This document shows, one piece after another, positions 1 to 12,860 of a stretch of 64,000 bases of DNA. Position 1 is the first letter of the stretch. Each line of letters opens with the position of its first letter. The notes under the pieces were generated by a model. The model ran no database searches. It was not told where the DNA came from and saw nothing but the letters and a program-made list of their open reading frames with translations. The translations under genes were made by a program, and so were the position numbers. The DNA is from Lytechinus pictus. Its lineage: Eukaryota. Where the stretch lies: assembly GCF_037042905.1 (NCBI RefSeq), contig NC_087246.1:2110001-2174000 (forward strand). The letters run 5' to 3'.

Positions 1-864
1 CTCCCTGAATAATACGACCTCTAAATAGCTAGCACCTCAAAAACAATCTTGAAATATGTTCTGAGCGATCACGCACTGTAACCAGATCTACGCCGATTTT
101 TTATTTTCGATTTTTTCCTTCAAGGGGCATGATCGAAGATCGGCAAGTGATTGCCGATTGTGGTGAAATCGAATGGAATCGGTTGCCGATTGCAAAATCG
201 GTTACAGAGCAATCAAGTGCAAATTTGCATCAAATGAAGGACTTTTAATGGATCTTAGGACCGGAATAGGCTGAAATTGACTTGTACATGTAATTGATTT
301 CAAAGCCTAGCGTTCTCAAGTTTTGCTTAATCCTCAATCACCAAAATATTGACCACTGTTCAAATTGATACTACATTTCATAGGCCTGAGTTGGATGTGT
401 CCTAAAAAAGGGGTTTTAGTATACATATTTTGCGATTTCAGATGACAATCTACATTTTGGTTAATATCCTGAATTTAAGAATTATCAAATGAAATAAAAA
501 CCCTAATGAAGCATAAGTTTCTTTTGTGGGTCACTGGAACTGTGTGCATGGTTCCTACCTAGTCAATCCCTACTCACATATTAACATCATAATGCACATT
601 ATACATGTATGGGATGCTACAAAATAAGCTGACCAATCATTTGTAATTCCTTTGAACATTCTGTTTATTTTACCATGAAAGTGGCAGGTGAAATCAACAT
701 ATGTTACTTCTCCTTTATTGATATGGCATAGTGACATATTGAAATTATATCACTTGCACTTTCAAAATTAATGTGTTTATAAACTGTCACTAAACTTCAG
801 GTAACCTGTACAATCATAAATACAAATCAATAATTATAAAAGATACATGTGATATATGACAAAC

Positions 865-1075
865 CTTTGAGAAGTTTTTGAAGAGATGTCTTCTGACCAT
901 TGACAGCAGCAGCATGGATCTGTGTGGTTGGGGATGCCTCTCTCTGGAGGGAAGTCATGGAATTAAGTACCCCACCCCCACGCCCTGGGGAAGGGGCCTG
1001 ACCTTTAACCTCAGGAATGGACTTAACCTCTGATGCTAATTGTAGTGGGGCTACCTCTGCATTGTGTCTTTTCAT
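865..1075 (-). other. Putative internal exon of an unidentified minus-strand transcript
   Basis: GC-richer 211-nt island, open frame (MKRHNAEVAP...LQKLLK), bounded on the minus strand by tacag| and |gtttgt. No recognisable domain. Confidence 0.35.
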
Positions 1076-1134
1076 CTGTATAATAAGAAGTGAAATTCAA
1101 ACCCCAAAATATGATTATAAGTCGTTGGAGTCAC

Positions 1135-1484
1135 TCATCGTCTTCACGGTCACTCTCATCATCTCATGGTCATTATCATCATCTCTATCTCTTTAATCAT
1201 CATAATCAATCGTCATCATCATCATCCCCACCACTACCACAACCACCAACAATGTCATCACCATCATCATCATTGACATCATCACCACCATCAACATAGT
1301 CATCATCATCATTGTCATCACCATCAACATTGTCATCATCATCATTATCATCATCATCATCACCATTGTCATCATCACCACCATCAACATCATCATCATC
1401 ATCACCATCAACATTGTCATCATCATCATCCACCATCAACATTGTCATCATCATCATCATCCATCATCACCACCATCAACATTG

Positions 1485-1524
<40 letters not shown>

Positions 1525-1575
1525 CCATCAACATTGTCATCATCAACATTGACATCATCATCATGTCATCATATC
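1135..1575. repeat. Degenerate (CAT)n/(ATG)n microsatellite
   Basis: Seen directly; explains the poly-S/H/D/M ORFs. Confidence 0.95.
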
Positions 1576-2863
1576 TCTTTTGCAATCTCCATAGTCTTTC
1601 AGTATCCCAATGCCAGACATTTACTGATGTTGGCTCTGCATACGTCTGTCTGATTGGCTGAAGGCCTTATACTTTCTGGAATGCTAATCACCAAAATCAA
1701 TTCCAGGAGGTCACTTCTACAGTAATTTAATACAGTAACTGCAATTTAAGCGATTTGCCATGTGACAGTTAAATGTACTTAATGTCTGCTCTATTTGTGA
1801 AAACCACAGATACATGTATGTAAACTTGTAAAATATGAAGCCTTCTTTAGTTTTGCTAAACCCTAAAAATGCATGTTACTATTCCAATTCGTTACTATTG
1901 TAGATTATATGAATACGCGTGCCCCAAATGATGATGATGCTAAAGATATTGAAAAAGTGTTTTATTTGGTAAATTTACTGATTTTATATCGACATGGTAA
2001 TTTATTTTGATCAGGTGCACAATCAAAATGTGTATTTTTGTCTTCTTTATATTGTAAAACCCTTTATTAAGCATTGAATGGACTGAAAATTGCAGGACAT
2101 GATTTTTGTCCTTAGCTTTCTAAGTAATATCCACTATTCTACTTATTAAATATATAAAGTAGGTGCCCAAAGGGCTCTTTTAAATGATAAATAAATTACC
2201 AAGAAAGGACACTGAATAACAAATACATCAAATGTTGAAAACATGTCAAATTTAAATTCTAGTGACTGAAATCTACACTTTTGTGATACTGTTATGTTTG
2301 ATGATACTCAAATCAATCTCACAAATTATACTTTTACCAAAGTTTTAGACAGGTTTTAAGTGATTTAACCAGCACTTTGGAAAATAAAAAAGCCACACTT
2401 TAACGTGTACATGTATGCATGGATCCACACAACTTATTGTTTAAATGGATTTAACCACAAGCTTCAAAGCCTTGATTTTTTACCAGCATTTAATCATCAT
2501 AGTCATTGCTGCACACATTTTGAAAACATCTAATAATTGAATCAAATAGAGAATAAAAATTACATAAGTTATATCAACATTGCATTCCACAATTTAAGTA
2601 CAGTCAACATCAGTGTAATGAGTACTTTGCTAACCATATTCACAGAGAATAATATTCCTTCAGAAAAATACATGCACATGTATTGGGGCTTTCACAATTC
2701 CTTGTGCGATAGTTTGCGATCATTTGGTCACAATATATGTTGCAAAGAATGGCAACGGTTGTAAGCAGTTGTACCACCAATTGTGAAAGGGGCTTAAGAT
2801 AATGCGGTTTAGGAAATTGTATTCATGTTTATGCAATAAAGAGAGAAAGAAAAAAGTACTTAC

Positions 2864-3156
2864 ATCACTAGAGGCACCAGATGCCTTCACAAAACATGAG
2901 AACATTTTGAGATCTGGATGAACATGTACCACATTTATTCAATTGTGCTCAAATTATTTTCATTAAATTCTCAGAATATCCTCCCTCGTTCATTCAAAGT
3001 GAAAACAGAAGCAATACGAATCCATGACATAGACATGTATGACTTGTTCCAAGAAGAAAACATACACAAAAATCTGAAGAATGATGCACATTACAGCATA
3101 CAGCAACCACAAGAGTTTGTTTGCAAGAGTTCTTCTGAGTTCTTTCCTTTGAAACT
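2864..3156 (-). other. Putative exon (probably UTR or non-coding) of the same transcript
   Basis: Strong donor GAT|GTAAGT at 2863 and acceptor ctttag| at 3157. The 3' part (MFSCFVKASGASSD) would join in frame to exon 865-1075. Confidence 0.3.
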
Positions 3157-3540
3157 CTAAAGCTGTTTGTTAGGATGACAAAGGGTTCTATTGTACCTCT
3201 AGGCAAGACCATGATTCATGCTCACTCAACTGTGCTACATGTATATTACATTTTACAGGGATAGACCTGTAGATGAATTATATATATACCCCTGCAATGT
3301 ATAGTTTTACTATTGTTCCAGAAGTCTATACAATCTGTAACAAGTATAAACAATAATATTGACAGAAAACAAAAAATGTTACTAATGATAATGATAACAA
3401 CAACAATGTTAATAACAACAATAACAAATAATACTAATGATGATGATGATAATAATAGTAAGTATACAACAACAACAACAACAACAATAATAATAATTCA
3501 AGGTTGGCGATTTACAAAAAAAAATAATAATTAAAAAAAA

Positions 3541-3593
3541 TCACAGTACGACAATACGCCAGACGGTGGCCTGTACTTATAGAGAAGAAGAAG
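3541..3593 (+). mobile_element. Short 3'-end fragment of the LINE family at 5103-7080
   Basis: cagtacgacaatacgcc...tgtacttatagagaagaagaag resembles 7025-7080, including the (GAA)n tail. Confidence 0.7.
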
Positions 3594-3754
3594 GTTTATT
3601 TGATTTAAATCAGATTTTTTTAATTTTTATAACAAATTTTCTTGAAAAAAGCACAAACACCAAAAATATAATCATACATTTCACTACTAAAAGCGCTTTA
3701 TAAAAGCGCATTATTATTATTATTATTATAAAAAATTCATGAATCCATACTTAA

Positions 3755-4354
3755 AGGGATGCTCCGGGCTGAAAATAATTGGATTTAAACAGATAAAGAA
3801 AAATCAGACAAACAAAACACTGAAAATTTGATCAAAATGGGACAAAGAATAACAAAGATATGGCATTTTAAAGATTTGTAGGTATGACTTCATGAATATA
3901 CATATATGAGCAAATTGATGATGATATTCCCACTTGTTCTTTTGTATTTTATTATATGAATTAAGGTTTATTCAATTTGTTTCTACCAAGAACCAATAAA
4001 ATGGATTGACAACTGATTAAGTGCATTAAATATTCATTGCTGCAACTTATTTCATTATAGATGAGACACATTATTCACACATGTATGAAAAAAATGAAAC
4101 AATTATGATTTCATGTAATAACATAAGAAAAAGGAAAGTGGGGATGTGAGTCATGTGACATCATCAGCCCACCTAATGAACATACATGATGACATGCATA
4201 CATGTATAACTATGTCCACAAAATAATGCTTAACTTTGAAATTCAATATTACTTCATTATTTGGAATCCGATTTTGATGAAATTTTCAGCATTTCGTTCT
4301 GTGAATTTTACTCTATTTATTTAGATATAAATATTTTCAGCCCGGAGTACTGCT
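3755..4354. mobile_element. Kolobok-like MITE (TTAA target)
   Basis: TTAA|agggatgctccgggctgaaaata ... tattttcagcccggagtactgct|TTAA; homologous to 21119-21723. Confidence 0.85.
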
Positions 4355-5102
4355 TTAATGATTGTGATCTTCAGTATGTATGCACTCATCCAATCCTGGC
4401 AAGTGTTTCATGAAAAGTTTTCACAGTGATTTGTCCTGAAAAAAAAGAGCAAACTAGCACATCAATGATATGGAGCTCATCTGGCATCTCGCAACGAAAT
4501 TTAACACAATTTCAATTTCAGCCCAGTTGACACTGTAGTGAATTACATTGGTGACATAAATTGAGGATATAGAATTGATATTGATGAAGAAATGACATAG
4601 AAGCATTTTTTGTGATCTATGAATAAATTTCATATAAATTAAGCATAAATAATTTTCTAGTCAAAATTTCTAAACTCTGTGTAGAACATTGGTTAAACTC
4701 ATGTAGGTCTCAGATGGAACAAAAATAAAGAAGAAGTGGAATTTTCTGTGATTTATGAATATATTTTGCATAAATTGGCATAAATAATTTTCTACTGAAA
4801 ATTTCAAAATTCTATGCAGATGTTTGGTGAACCTCATGAAGTTCTACCAGATGGAAGAAAAAAAATCAAAATCGGTCGACAATTAAAGAAGAAGAAGCAT
4901 TTTATCTGAATTTTTAAAAATACACATAAATTACGGTAGCATATTTTTATGAGTTTCAAAATTCTGTGTAGAAGTTTTGAATCCCCCACCTAATGCTATC
5001 ATATAAAGCAAACAGAATTGAAATCAGACTTGAAATAATGAAGAAGCATTTTGAAATTCAGTCAACAAATAAAGGAGAGGCATTTTCTGTGATTTATGAA
5101 TT

Positions 5103-6920
5103 TTGCGATACAAGCAACTCCAAAAAGAGTGCAAGCAGGCTTGTAAAGTAGCATACAGTGACTACATTACCAACATTGTCAGCCCAGAATCCTCCTCAAA
5201 TCCAAAAAGATTTTGGAGTTTCATCAACAGCAAGAAGTGCGACAACAATGGTGTCTCCACTTTATTTTCTCCAAACAACGGAATGGTGTCTGACAGTTCT
5301 ACTAAAGCTAGTCTTCTCAATAAACAATTTTCTTCAGTTTTCAATGGAAACGAAGACATCACCAGCATACCACAGAAAGGTCCCAGTCCTTACAAGAGTA
5401 TGGAACCCATTGATGTGTCACCAGCAGGGGTTTACAAGCTCCTACACGATTTGAACCCACACAAAGCTTCTGGACCTGACATGATTCCAGCGCGGCTCTT
5501 GAAAGAACTTGCACTTGAGTTAACACCAATCTTTGTTCACTTCTATCAGGCGTCCCTTAATCAAGGTACCATTCCTGAAGATTGGAAGAAAGGAAACATT
5601 GTCCCAGTCTTTAAGAAGGGTGATAGATCGCTGCCAGAGAACTACAGACCTGTATCACTCACTTCGATAGTATGCAAAACCTTAGAACATATTGTGTGTA
5701 GCAGCATCATGAAACACCTGGACTTGCATCATACACTATCTGATGCCCAACATGGCTTCCGGAAAAGGAGATCCTGTGTAACACAGTTAGTTAAATTTGT
5801 TGATGATCTTGCTTCAACAATCGACAGGAGAGGACAAACTGATGCAATCTTGTTAGATTTTTCCAAGGCGTTTGACAAAGTTCCACATCAAAGACTGCTG
5901 TACAAGGTTGGGTACTATGGTATAAGGGATGAAGTACATCTTTGGCTTGCTGACTTTTTGTCTCAACGCAGTCAACGAGTTGTTATTGATGGAGCAACAT
6001 CAGAACCAGCAACTGTCCTCTCAGGAGTACCGCAGGGGAGTGTCGTCGGTCCTTTGCTCTTTCTCCTGTACATAAATGACTTGCCAGAGTATGTGACCAA
6101 TGGCTCTTCAGTTCGTCTTTTTGCTGACGACTGTGCCCTATACCATCCCATCAGTTCACGAGAAGACGCCGAAGATCTGCAGCATGATCTTGATGCTCTG
6201 CAGCAATGGGAGAGGGACTGGGGTATGACATTCCATCCCGGAAAGTGCCAGGTTTTACACATTACAAGGAAGAAAAATTTTCCACACAACAGGTACTTCA
6301 TCCACGGCCAAGGTCTGGAAGAAAAAGGTAATGCCAAATACCTCGGCATAACCGTTAGCAATAATCTAAGTTGGAACGCCCATGTAGACTCCATTACCAA
6401 GAAAGCAAATAATACCAGATGTTTTCTGCAAAGAAATCTCACAAGCTGTCCAAGAAACACTAAGGTCATTTGTTACAAGATGCTCCTGAGGCCAATAATG
6501 GAGTATGCATCTGAGATCTGGGACCCATTCACACAGTCAAAAATCAGAAATCTGGAAATGATACAACACAGGTACGCACGCTATGTTTGTCATGACTACC
6601 GAACTACAAGCAGCATTTCTGCTATGCTTCGACAACTACAGTGGCAAACCCTTCAAGAGCGTAGGGCCCAAGCCAAGACTCTACTAATGTATCGCATCAT
6701 TAATAATCTTGTAGACGTCAAGCAACAACTGAAACACTCATCCTTCAAATCCCGAGGTCATTCTCAAAAACTCATGATTCCATTTGCAAATACGGAATGT
6801 TACAAAAATTCCTTCTTTCCTGCCACTGCCAGGTTATGGAATTCCCTACCTCAGGACGTCGTAGACAGCACCTCAGCAAACATATTCAAGAGTGCGGTGC
6901 AACATGTCAGACTATGTTAG
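5103..6920 (+). CDS. LINE ORF2 fragment: reverse transcriptase and C-terminal domain, uninterrupted 605 aa
   Basis: Motifs KASGPD, NYRPVSLTS, QHGFR, LDFSKAFDKVPH, GVPQGSVVGPLLFLLYIND, FADD, KYLG. Confidence 0.95.
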   Translation: MRYKQLQKECKQACKVAYSDYITNIVSPESSSNPKRFWSFINSKKCDNNGVSTLFSPNNGMVSDSSTKASLLNKQFSSVFNGNEDITSIPQKGPSPYKSMEPIDVSPAGVYKLLHDLNPHKASGPDMIPARLLKELALELTPIFVHFYQASLNQGTIPEDWKKGNIVPVFKKGDRSLPENYRPVSLTSIVCKTLEHIVCSSIMKHLDLHHTLSDAQHGFRKRRSCVTQLVKFVDDLASTIDRRGQTDAILLDFSKAFDKVPHQRLLYKVGYYGIRDEVHLWLADFLSQRSQRVVIDGATSEPATVLSGVPQGSVVGPLLFLLYINDLPEYVTNGSSVRLFADDCALYHPISSREDAEDLQHDLDALQQWERDWGMTFHPGKCQVLHITRKKNFPHNRYFIHGQGLEEKGNAKYLGITVSNNLSWNAHVDSITKKANNTRCFLQRNLTSCPRNTKVICYKMLLRPIMEYASEIWDPFTQSKIRNLEMIQHRYARYVCHDYRTTSSISAMLRQLQWQTLQERRAQAKTLLMYRIINNLVDVKQQLKHSSFKSRGHSQKLMIPFANTECYKNSFFPATARLWNSLPQDVVDSTSANIFKSAVQHVRLC

Positions 6921-7080
6921 TCTGCATTTGTTTGTAAATATGTAAATATTATATATATGTTGGCTTTTTTTTACCACAACTTCAACGGTGGATACTCAGC
7001 ACTCAGCATTCAAGTCCACAATACAGTACGACAATACACCACAGGTGGTATGTACTTATATAGGAAGAAGAAGAAGAAGA
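5103..7080 (+). mobile_element. 5'-truncated non-LTR retrotransposon (RTE-X/CR1-like) with (GAA)n tail
   Basis: RT ORF, 3' UTR and gaagaagaag tail to about 7080; no endonuclease domain, so 5'-truncated. Confidence 0.92.
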
Positions 7081-7247
7081 AATATTTTTTTACTCCAAAT
7101 TTAAAAACTCTGTGTAGAAGTTTGGTGAACCTCATGAAGCTCTACCAGATGGAAGAAAAAAAATCAAAATCGGTCAACAAATAAAGAAGAAGCATTTTGT
7201 GTGAATTTTAAAAAATATGCATAAATTAATTTCGCATAAATTAGCAT

Positions 7248-8868
7248 AACAAGTGGAATGCTTCTGGCGGTCTCACCTGCATCACGCGATTCAATATAGC
7301 AGCAATGCTGACTTTGAAAACTACTATAAAATAATTATTCACAAAAAGCACCATTCATATAATGATACAATACTACGTTCATTGACATTTGACCTTGATC
7401 ATGTGACCTAAAACTTGTCAGTGATACTTGATTACCCCTATACATGTATCCACATTTTATACACTATATCTATAAACTTTGAAAGTTATGACAGCAATCT
7501 AATAATTACCTCTAAAGTGGCCAAAGTTCAATGACCTTAAATGACCTTTGACTTTGGTCATGTGACCTGAAACTCGCATGAGATGTTCAGTGATACTTGA
7601 CGACTCTTATGTCCACGTTTTATGAACTAGACCAATACACTTACAGAGATATGATGGTAATTCAACAAATACCCCCAACATGGCCAAAGTTCATTGACCT
7701 TACATGACCTTTAACCTTGATTATGTGACCTGAAACTTGCACTGGATCAGTCAGTCCGCAAGCCCCTGTGTTAATGAGCAAATGAGCAAGATTTATCCAA
7801 GTCCTCTCGTGGCTGAATTCATGTCCCTGCAAAATCTCGTGAATTGTGAGACTTTCTTTCTCAAAGAATTTAACCACTTTCTCCTTGAGTAATATTGATT
7901 ATTTTTGTACCATGGGCAAGAGTAAATGTTACTCTTTTATATTGGTCATTTCTTTTGAATGAAATATTTTGATAAATAAGTGAATTTTTTACCTGAAAAG
8001 ATGCATCAAACAGAATTTTCTTCCTCTGTTTTCACTTGCAAATTGTGCAACATTTTGTGTTTTAGGCACCAACATTATTTATATCATCAGAAAGCTCAAA
8101 CTCTATACTTTCTTACAATGTCACTCTTGATATGTGGCATCTTTTAGATGGGTCAGCAGCCAGCTTTTTCCATCAAGATGCAAGACGAGATTTCTGAAAT
8201 TTCTGAGTAACAATTTCTGAGTAACATAAAATCCAGAGTTCTGATTGGCTGAATACTGTTTTCAAAACAAACAGGCGCGGGTAATTTGAAGAGATTACCA
8301 CATGGTGAGTGTGACCTTGCAGAGGCCCAGTGTGGGGAACATTGGAATTTGCGTGGGTGTGTGGTCACAATGACCAATCAGAGCGCAGTATTCTTGTTTT
8401 TTGAGCTGCAAAATGTACTTGGCCTATAAAAAGCTGGCTGCTGACCCATCTAAAATACATCTTCTTATAAGAATTATATCATATTAAAGCTTAGATCTTC
8501 AGCTTTATCATGATCTAAACATCATTTGTGCCCAAACATAAATTAAGTGTGAAAACAACAACTTTTGTTGCATGAAAAAAAATATTTTGTTTCATGTTTT
8601 AGATCAAAAGTTTTTCCTATATTACAACATTCTTTTAAAAATCCAAACACATGACTTGAAAGAATGATTCTTCTTCTTTACAAAGATACCAAAAACATGA
8701 AATTTGGTCAATATTAAGAGCAGCAATGGCCGAATAAAAAGAGGTGTTTTGGTTCGCACCAAGCTCATTAACTATGCAAAAACCCTCTAGTCATGAATAT
8801 CACTTGGATAAAAGAAGCTCCTTTTTCAGGGCTTGCGGACTGACTGGGATGTTCAGAGATACTTGATT
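7248..8868. mobile_element. Helentron/DINE-1-like non-autonomous element, truncated copy of the 28519-29512 family
   Basis: aacaagtggaatgc...gtctcacctgcatcacgcg nearly identical to 28519 onward; same internal gacctttgacc units; split by the 7748-8846 element. Confidence 0.8.
7748..8846. mobile_element. 1.1-kb non-autonomous DNA transposon, 18-bp TIR, 4-bp TSD
   Basis: GGAT|cagtcagtccgcaagccc ... gggcttgcggactgactg|GGAT; internal inverted pair agatgggtcagcagc / gctgctgacccatct. Confidence 0.9.
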
Positions 8869-9385
8869 GGCTGCATTTTGAGGCCGTCACATGAAATGCC
8901 CTAAACTCATTATTTTTCCACCATTTTGAGTCAGATTTTTTTTTATAAATACCTGTCTATGTATTGCACGTTTAAAGTTCGTGCTCGTTGCGTATCTTCT
9001 TTTATTAGAATCGCGCAGATACGCGTGTGCGCAGACAAGGGGGAGTGCGCAGACTTGCCATAGTGGCTAAGCCTAAGGAGTAAGGGAAGGCCGTTCCAGT
9101 CCCGTATGGTCAGATGGTTCTGGGCAGGAATGAGTACAGGTGCCTAGTATCAGTTCTGGATTTGATGATATTGTAGGCATCTGGTGTGAAGCGTCGACTT
9201 GGACGGCTGGAGTTTCTAAGGTGGAGTGTGGTTGACGTTACTGGAGATTCCCCCACCCCAGAACTGGCTCCTGACCTGGCCCAATATTGAATATACTAAC
9301 CTCGCATGTTGTGTGAGTGGACCTGGCCTGACTTGAGCCAGTACGCAGTAGGTGGAGCGTAGTCATGATTGGTAATATAGCGGTA

Positions 9386-10019
9386 CCGTATGGGTACTAG
9401 TATTCAACCCGGCATAATTCAAAGATTTTGACATATTCCCCAAAATATCTAGAAATAGGGAATTTATCTTAATTTCATACCTTTGTTATTTCCAGGGTAA
9501 TCTGTTGTCAGTATTTTCTTTATCAATCTGTCGACTGTGTGCGCAGAGGATCGAATTATGCGGCGATGGCCTTTTGCACTGAATGGTACTAGTATTCAAC
9601 CTAGTGAGGATTGATAGCAAATCTTAAAAAGGTCTAGATTGCTAAATTAGATCTAGATCTATGTAAGTCTCTGGCTTTGATTAATTCCCTGTTTGGTCTC
9701 ATCTCAAATGGTCTAGTCCATAGTCGGATGGGACAAGGGCAGATTGAGAGACAGGACCATCTTTCATCACTAGGTTGAATACTAGTACCGACGGATTGAA
9801 TACTAGTACCAAAAACCGTCGCCGTAAAATTTGATCGCCCGCGCACGCAGTTGACGGGTTGAAGAAAAAAATAACGGGAAAAGAATAACCAGCATTTGCT
9901 CTTTGAAATAAGAATTAAGAGTTAACTTAGTTAAGACAGGTCTGAAATTCAGGTAAATTCCATATTTCTGTATATTTGAAGAAACTCTCCAAACAGGTTG
10001 AATACTAGTACCCTTACGG
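9386..10019. mobile_element. Tc1/mariner-type MITE (TA target, CCGTA ends)
   Basis: TA|ccgtatgggtactagtattcaacc ... ggttgaatactagtacccttacgg|TA. Confidence 0.85.
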
Positions 10020-10130
10020 TAGTGAAGTGGAGCCTTCACTCTTCAGTACACGAACATCACTTGAGGTAACTAATTACTAACCTCGTAAAGTGAATTAAAC
10101 CTGACTTCAGAATGCGGGCCGCTGTCTTAC

Positions 10131-10256
10131 CACCCTTCGTTGTTCACCTTGCCCCGGCCCCAGGTCGGCCGCGGGTGATGAGGAGACGAGACAGAGTGGC
10201 AGCTTCGCTGGCTGCGGCCGAGCCGGGGACCGGGAAGGAGTGCCACGGCTCAGCAT
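10131..10256 (-). other. Putative first exon (GC-rich, 42 open codons MLSRGTPSRS...EQRRV)
   Basis: ATG at 10256, donor GTG|GTAAGA at 10130, CpG-rich region immediately upstream (10430-10600). Confidence 0.3.
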
Positions 10257-10463
10257 TTTTATTTTTACAAAATAGTTCAATCTTTGTCACATACACACAG
10301 ATAAGTTCGTTTTTTTAAACATACCGGTACAGCAGTAAAACGGATTGGTTTAACTGTTAGTTACCTTCACATTGTCCTTCAAACTACAGTTGAAATGTAG
10401 TTTACAAATTCTGGGTTAGAGGTGGTCGCTGTGTAAATCGCTACGATCGCCGCGTACGGCGCG

Positions 10464-10538
10464 GCGCGTTTCCGTTTTACACCCTGGCGAAGGCATTTTC
10501 CGGAAAAATAGCCACAAAGCGACTAGTGAAGAGTCTAC
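10464..10538 (-). mobile_element. Putative transposon terminus (TAG-ended, Academ-like), left copy
   Basis: 73/75 reverse-complement match to 13144-13218. Confidence 0.6.
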
Positions 10539-10809
10539 GTCTACGTTTGTTTACATAATCAGCTGGGCGCGCCATCCAAAAGTCCGCACCGAAGATATCC
10601 GCAGAATAGGTCCATGGCAGAACATACGTGCAATATGCAGCTGAGCTTATAGACCAAAAGCTTCAGTGTCTGTATTTTGGTTGTTCGGCTGAACTATATA
10701 CGTTGGCTTCATAATTTTTTTTTTACTTTATCGCACATGATCGTTTATATGAATGAAAACGAATAATAGCTAAAATATTGAAAAATAAAACACATAATTA
10801 CCTTTTTTC

Positions 10810-12520
10810 ATATTATATCTATCCTTATATCTATCATATCTGTCTATCCACTATCTATCTTATAAATCAATCTATGGAACTACATGATATATCTATCTGT
10901 TAATTTGTCTATCTACTCTGTCTCTCTCATTCTCTATCTACCTATCTATCTGTCTATCTATCTATCCATCTAACATCTATCTCTCAAATTCTCTATCTAT
11001 CCATCTGTCTCTCTTTTATTTCTCTCTATCCATCTATTAATCTACTCATGTGCAATATCAACACTGCCTCGACTTCCTTCGGGAGTCTATTTCCTCAGCT
11101 CTACTTTTCCCTTTTTTGTGCTCGATTCGATTCAATTACTACTTTATTTACTTGTTACCATTGTTAAATGTCTTGTATTGCATAATGAGTTTTTTTTTCT
11201 GAAGGTTGCCTCCTATTCTCTTTCAAATTCCCCCTCTTGCTTTCCCTTCTCTTTGTCTTATCCCAATTGCTTTCCCTTCTCTCACCTCTTTCTTCTTAAT
11301 CTTTCATTCCGCTTTTTTCTTCTTTGGTGACACTTTGTATTACTTTTGGCCCTTTGTATTTATTTATGATACATTTCTTTTTCATCTGAATGAATTTGTA
11401 TTGTATTTGATATTTATCTATAATGTTTATTTTATATTTTGTTATGATTCTATTTGTATGTAAACATTCACTTATTTCAGTCTTTGATCTCAAATTCTCT
11501 CTATCTATCCATCTGTCTGTCTTTTTCTCTCTATCCGTCTATATATCTATCTCTCAAATTATATCTATATAGATCTATCTATCTATCTATCTATCTATGT
11601 AACTACAGTATCTATCTATCTGTTAATCTTCTCTGTCTCTCATTCTTTATCTATCTAACATCTATCTATCTCTCTCTCTATCTATCCATCTGTCCTTCTC
11701 TAGTTCTCTCTCTATCAATCTATCTATCTATCTTCTATCTATCTATATGTAACTGCAGTATCTATCTATCTGTTAATTTGTCGCTCTTCTCTGTCTCTCT
11801 CATTCTTTATCTATCTAACATCTATCTATCTCTCTCTCCCCCTCTCTCTATCTATCTATCCATCTTTCTGTCTTTCTCTCTCTCTATCTATCTATCTTCT
11901 ATCTATCTATTTTTAAATATATCTCTCAAATTCTATCTCTATCTATCTATGTAACTACAGTAACTACAGTATCTATCTATATATCTGTTAATCTTCTCTG
12001 TCTCTCTCATTCTTTATCTATCTATCTATCCATCTGTCTTGTTTTCTCTCTTTCTCTATTTCTCTTTTTCCGTCCATATATATATCTATCTATCTATAAC
12101 ATCTCTCCCTCTCTCAAGGTCTCTCCCCCATCTATCTATCTATCTATCTATCTTCTATCTATTTATCTATCTATGTAACTACAGTATCTATCTATCTGTT
12201 AATTTGTCTATCTTCTCTGTCTCTCTCATTCTTTATTTATCTATCTATCTAACATCTACCTATCTCTCAAATTCTATATCTCTCTCTCCCCCCTCTCTCT
12301 ATCTATCTATCTATCTGTCTGTCTTTCTCTATTTCTCTCTATCTATCTATCTATCTATGTAACTACAGTATCTATCTATCTGTTAATTTGCCCATCTTCT
12401 CTGTCTCTCTCATTCTTTATCTATCTATCTAATATATATCTCTCAGATTCTCTCTCTCTCTCTCTATCTATCCATCTGTCTGTCTTTTTTTCTCTCTCTA
12501 TTTCTCTTTATCCGTCCATA

Positions 12521-12579
<59 letters not shown>

Positions 12580-12580
12580 A

Positions 12581-12679
<99 letters not shown>

Positions 12680-12731
12680 AACATCTCTCCATCTCTCAAG
12701 TTCTCTCCCCCCCCCCATCTATCTATCTATC

Positions 12732-12775
<44 letters not shown>

Positions 12776-12860
12776 CATCTCTCTGTCTTTCTCTCTCTCT
12801 CTCTACTTCTATCTATCTATCTATGTCTCTATCTATTTATCAGTCTTCTATATCTATCTT
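10810..12860. repeat. Compound (TCTA)n/(TC)n satellite with higher-order repeats
   Basis: Pure (TCTA)n at about 12520-12680; recurring block atgtaactacagtatctatctatctgttaat at about 11597, 11747, 11948, 12173, 12357. Confidence 0.95.

Larger units (their letters stand above)
4451..7247. mobile_element. Tandem-repeat-containing non-autonomous element (Helentron/DINE-1-like), interrupted by a LINE and a second element
   Basis: Starts aaactag in an A-tract. Internal units of about 130-150 bp (gaagaagcatttt...gtgatttatgaat...aaattctgtgtagaagtttggtgaacctcatg) continue on both sides of the LINE. Confidence 0.6.

Noticed and set aside
1090..1653. His/Ser/Asp/Met-rich ORFs
   Set aside because: Translation of the (CAT)n repeat.
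5103..6920. Retron, DGR or group II intron reverse transcriptase
   Set aside because: Motifs, 3' simple-repeat tail and 5' truncation fit an ordinary non-LTR retrotransposon.
11118..12362. Hydrophobic LSIY-repeat ORFs
   Set aside because: Translation of (TCTA)n and pyrimidine-rich low-complexity DNA.
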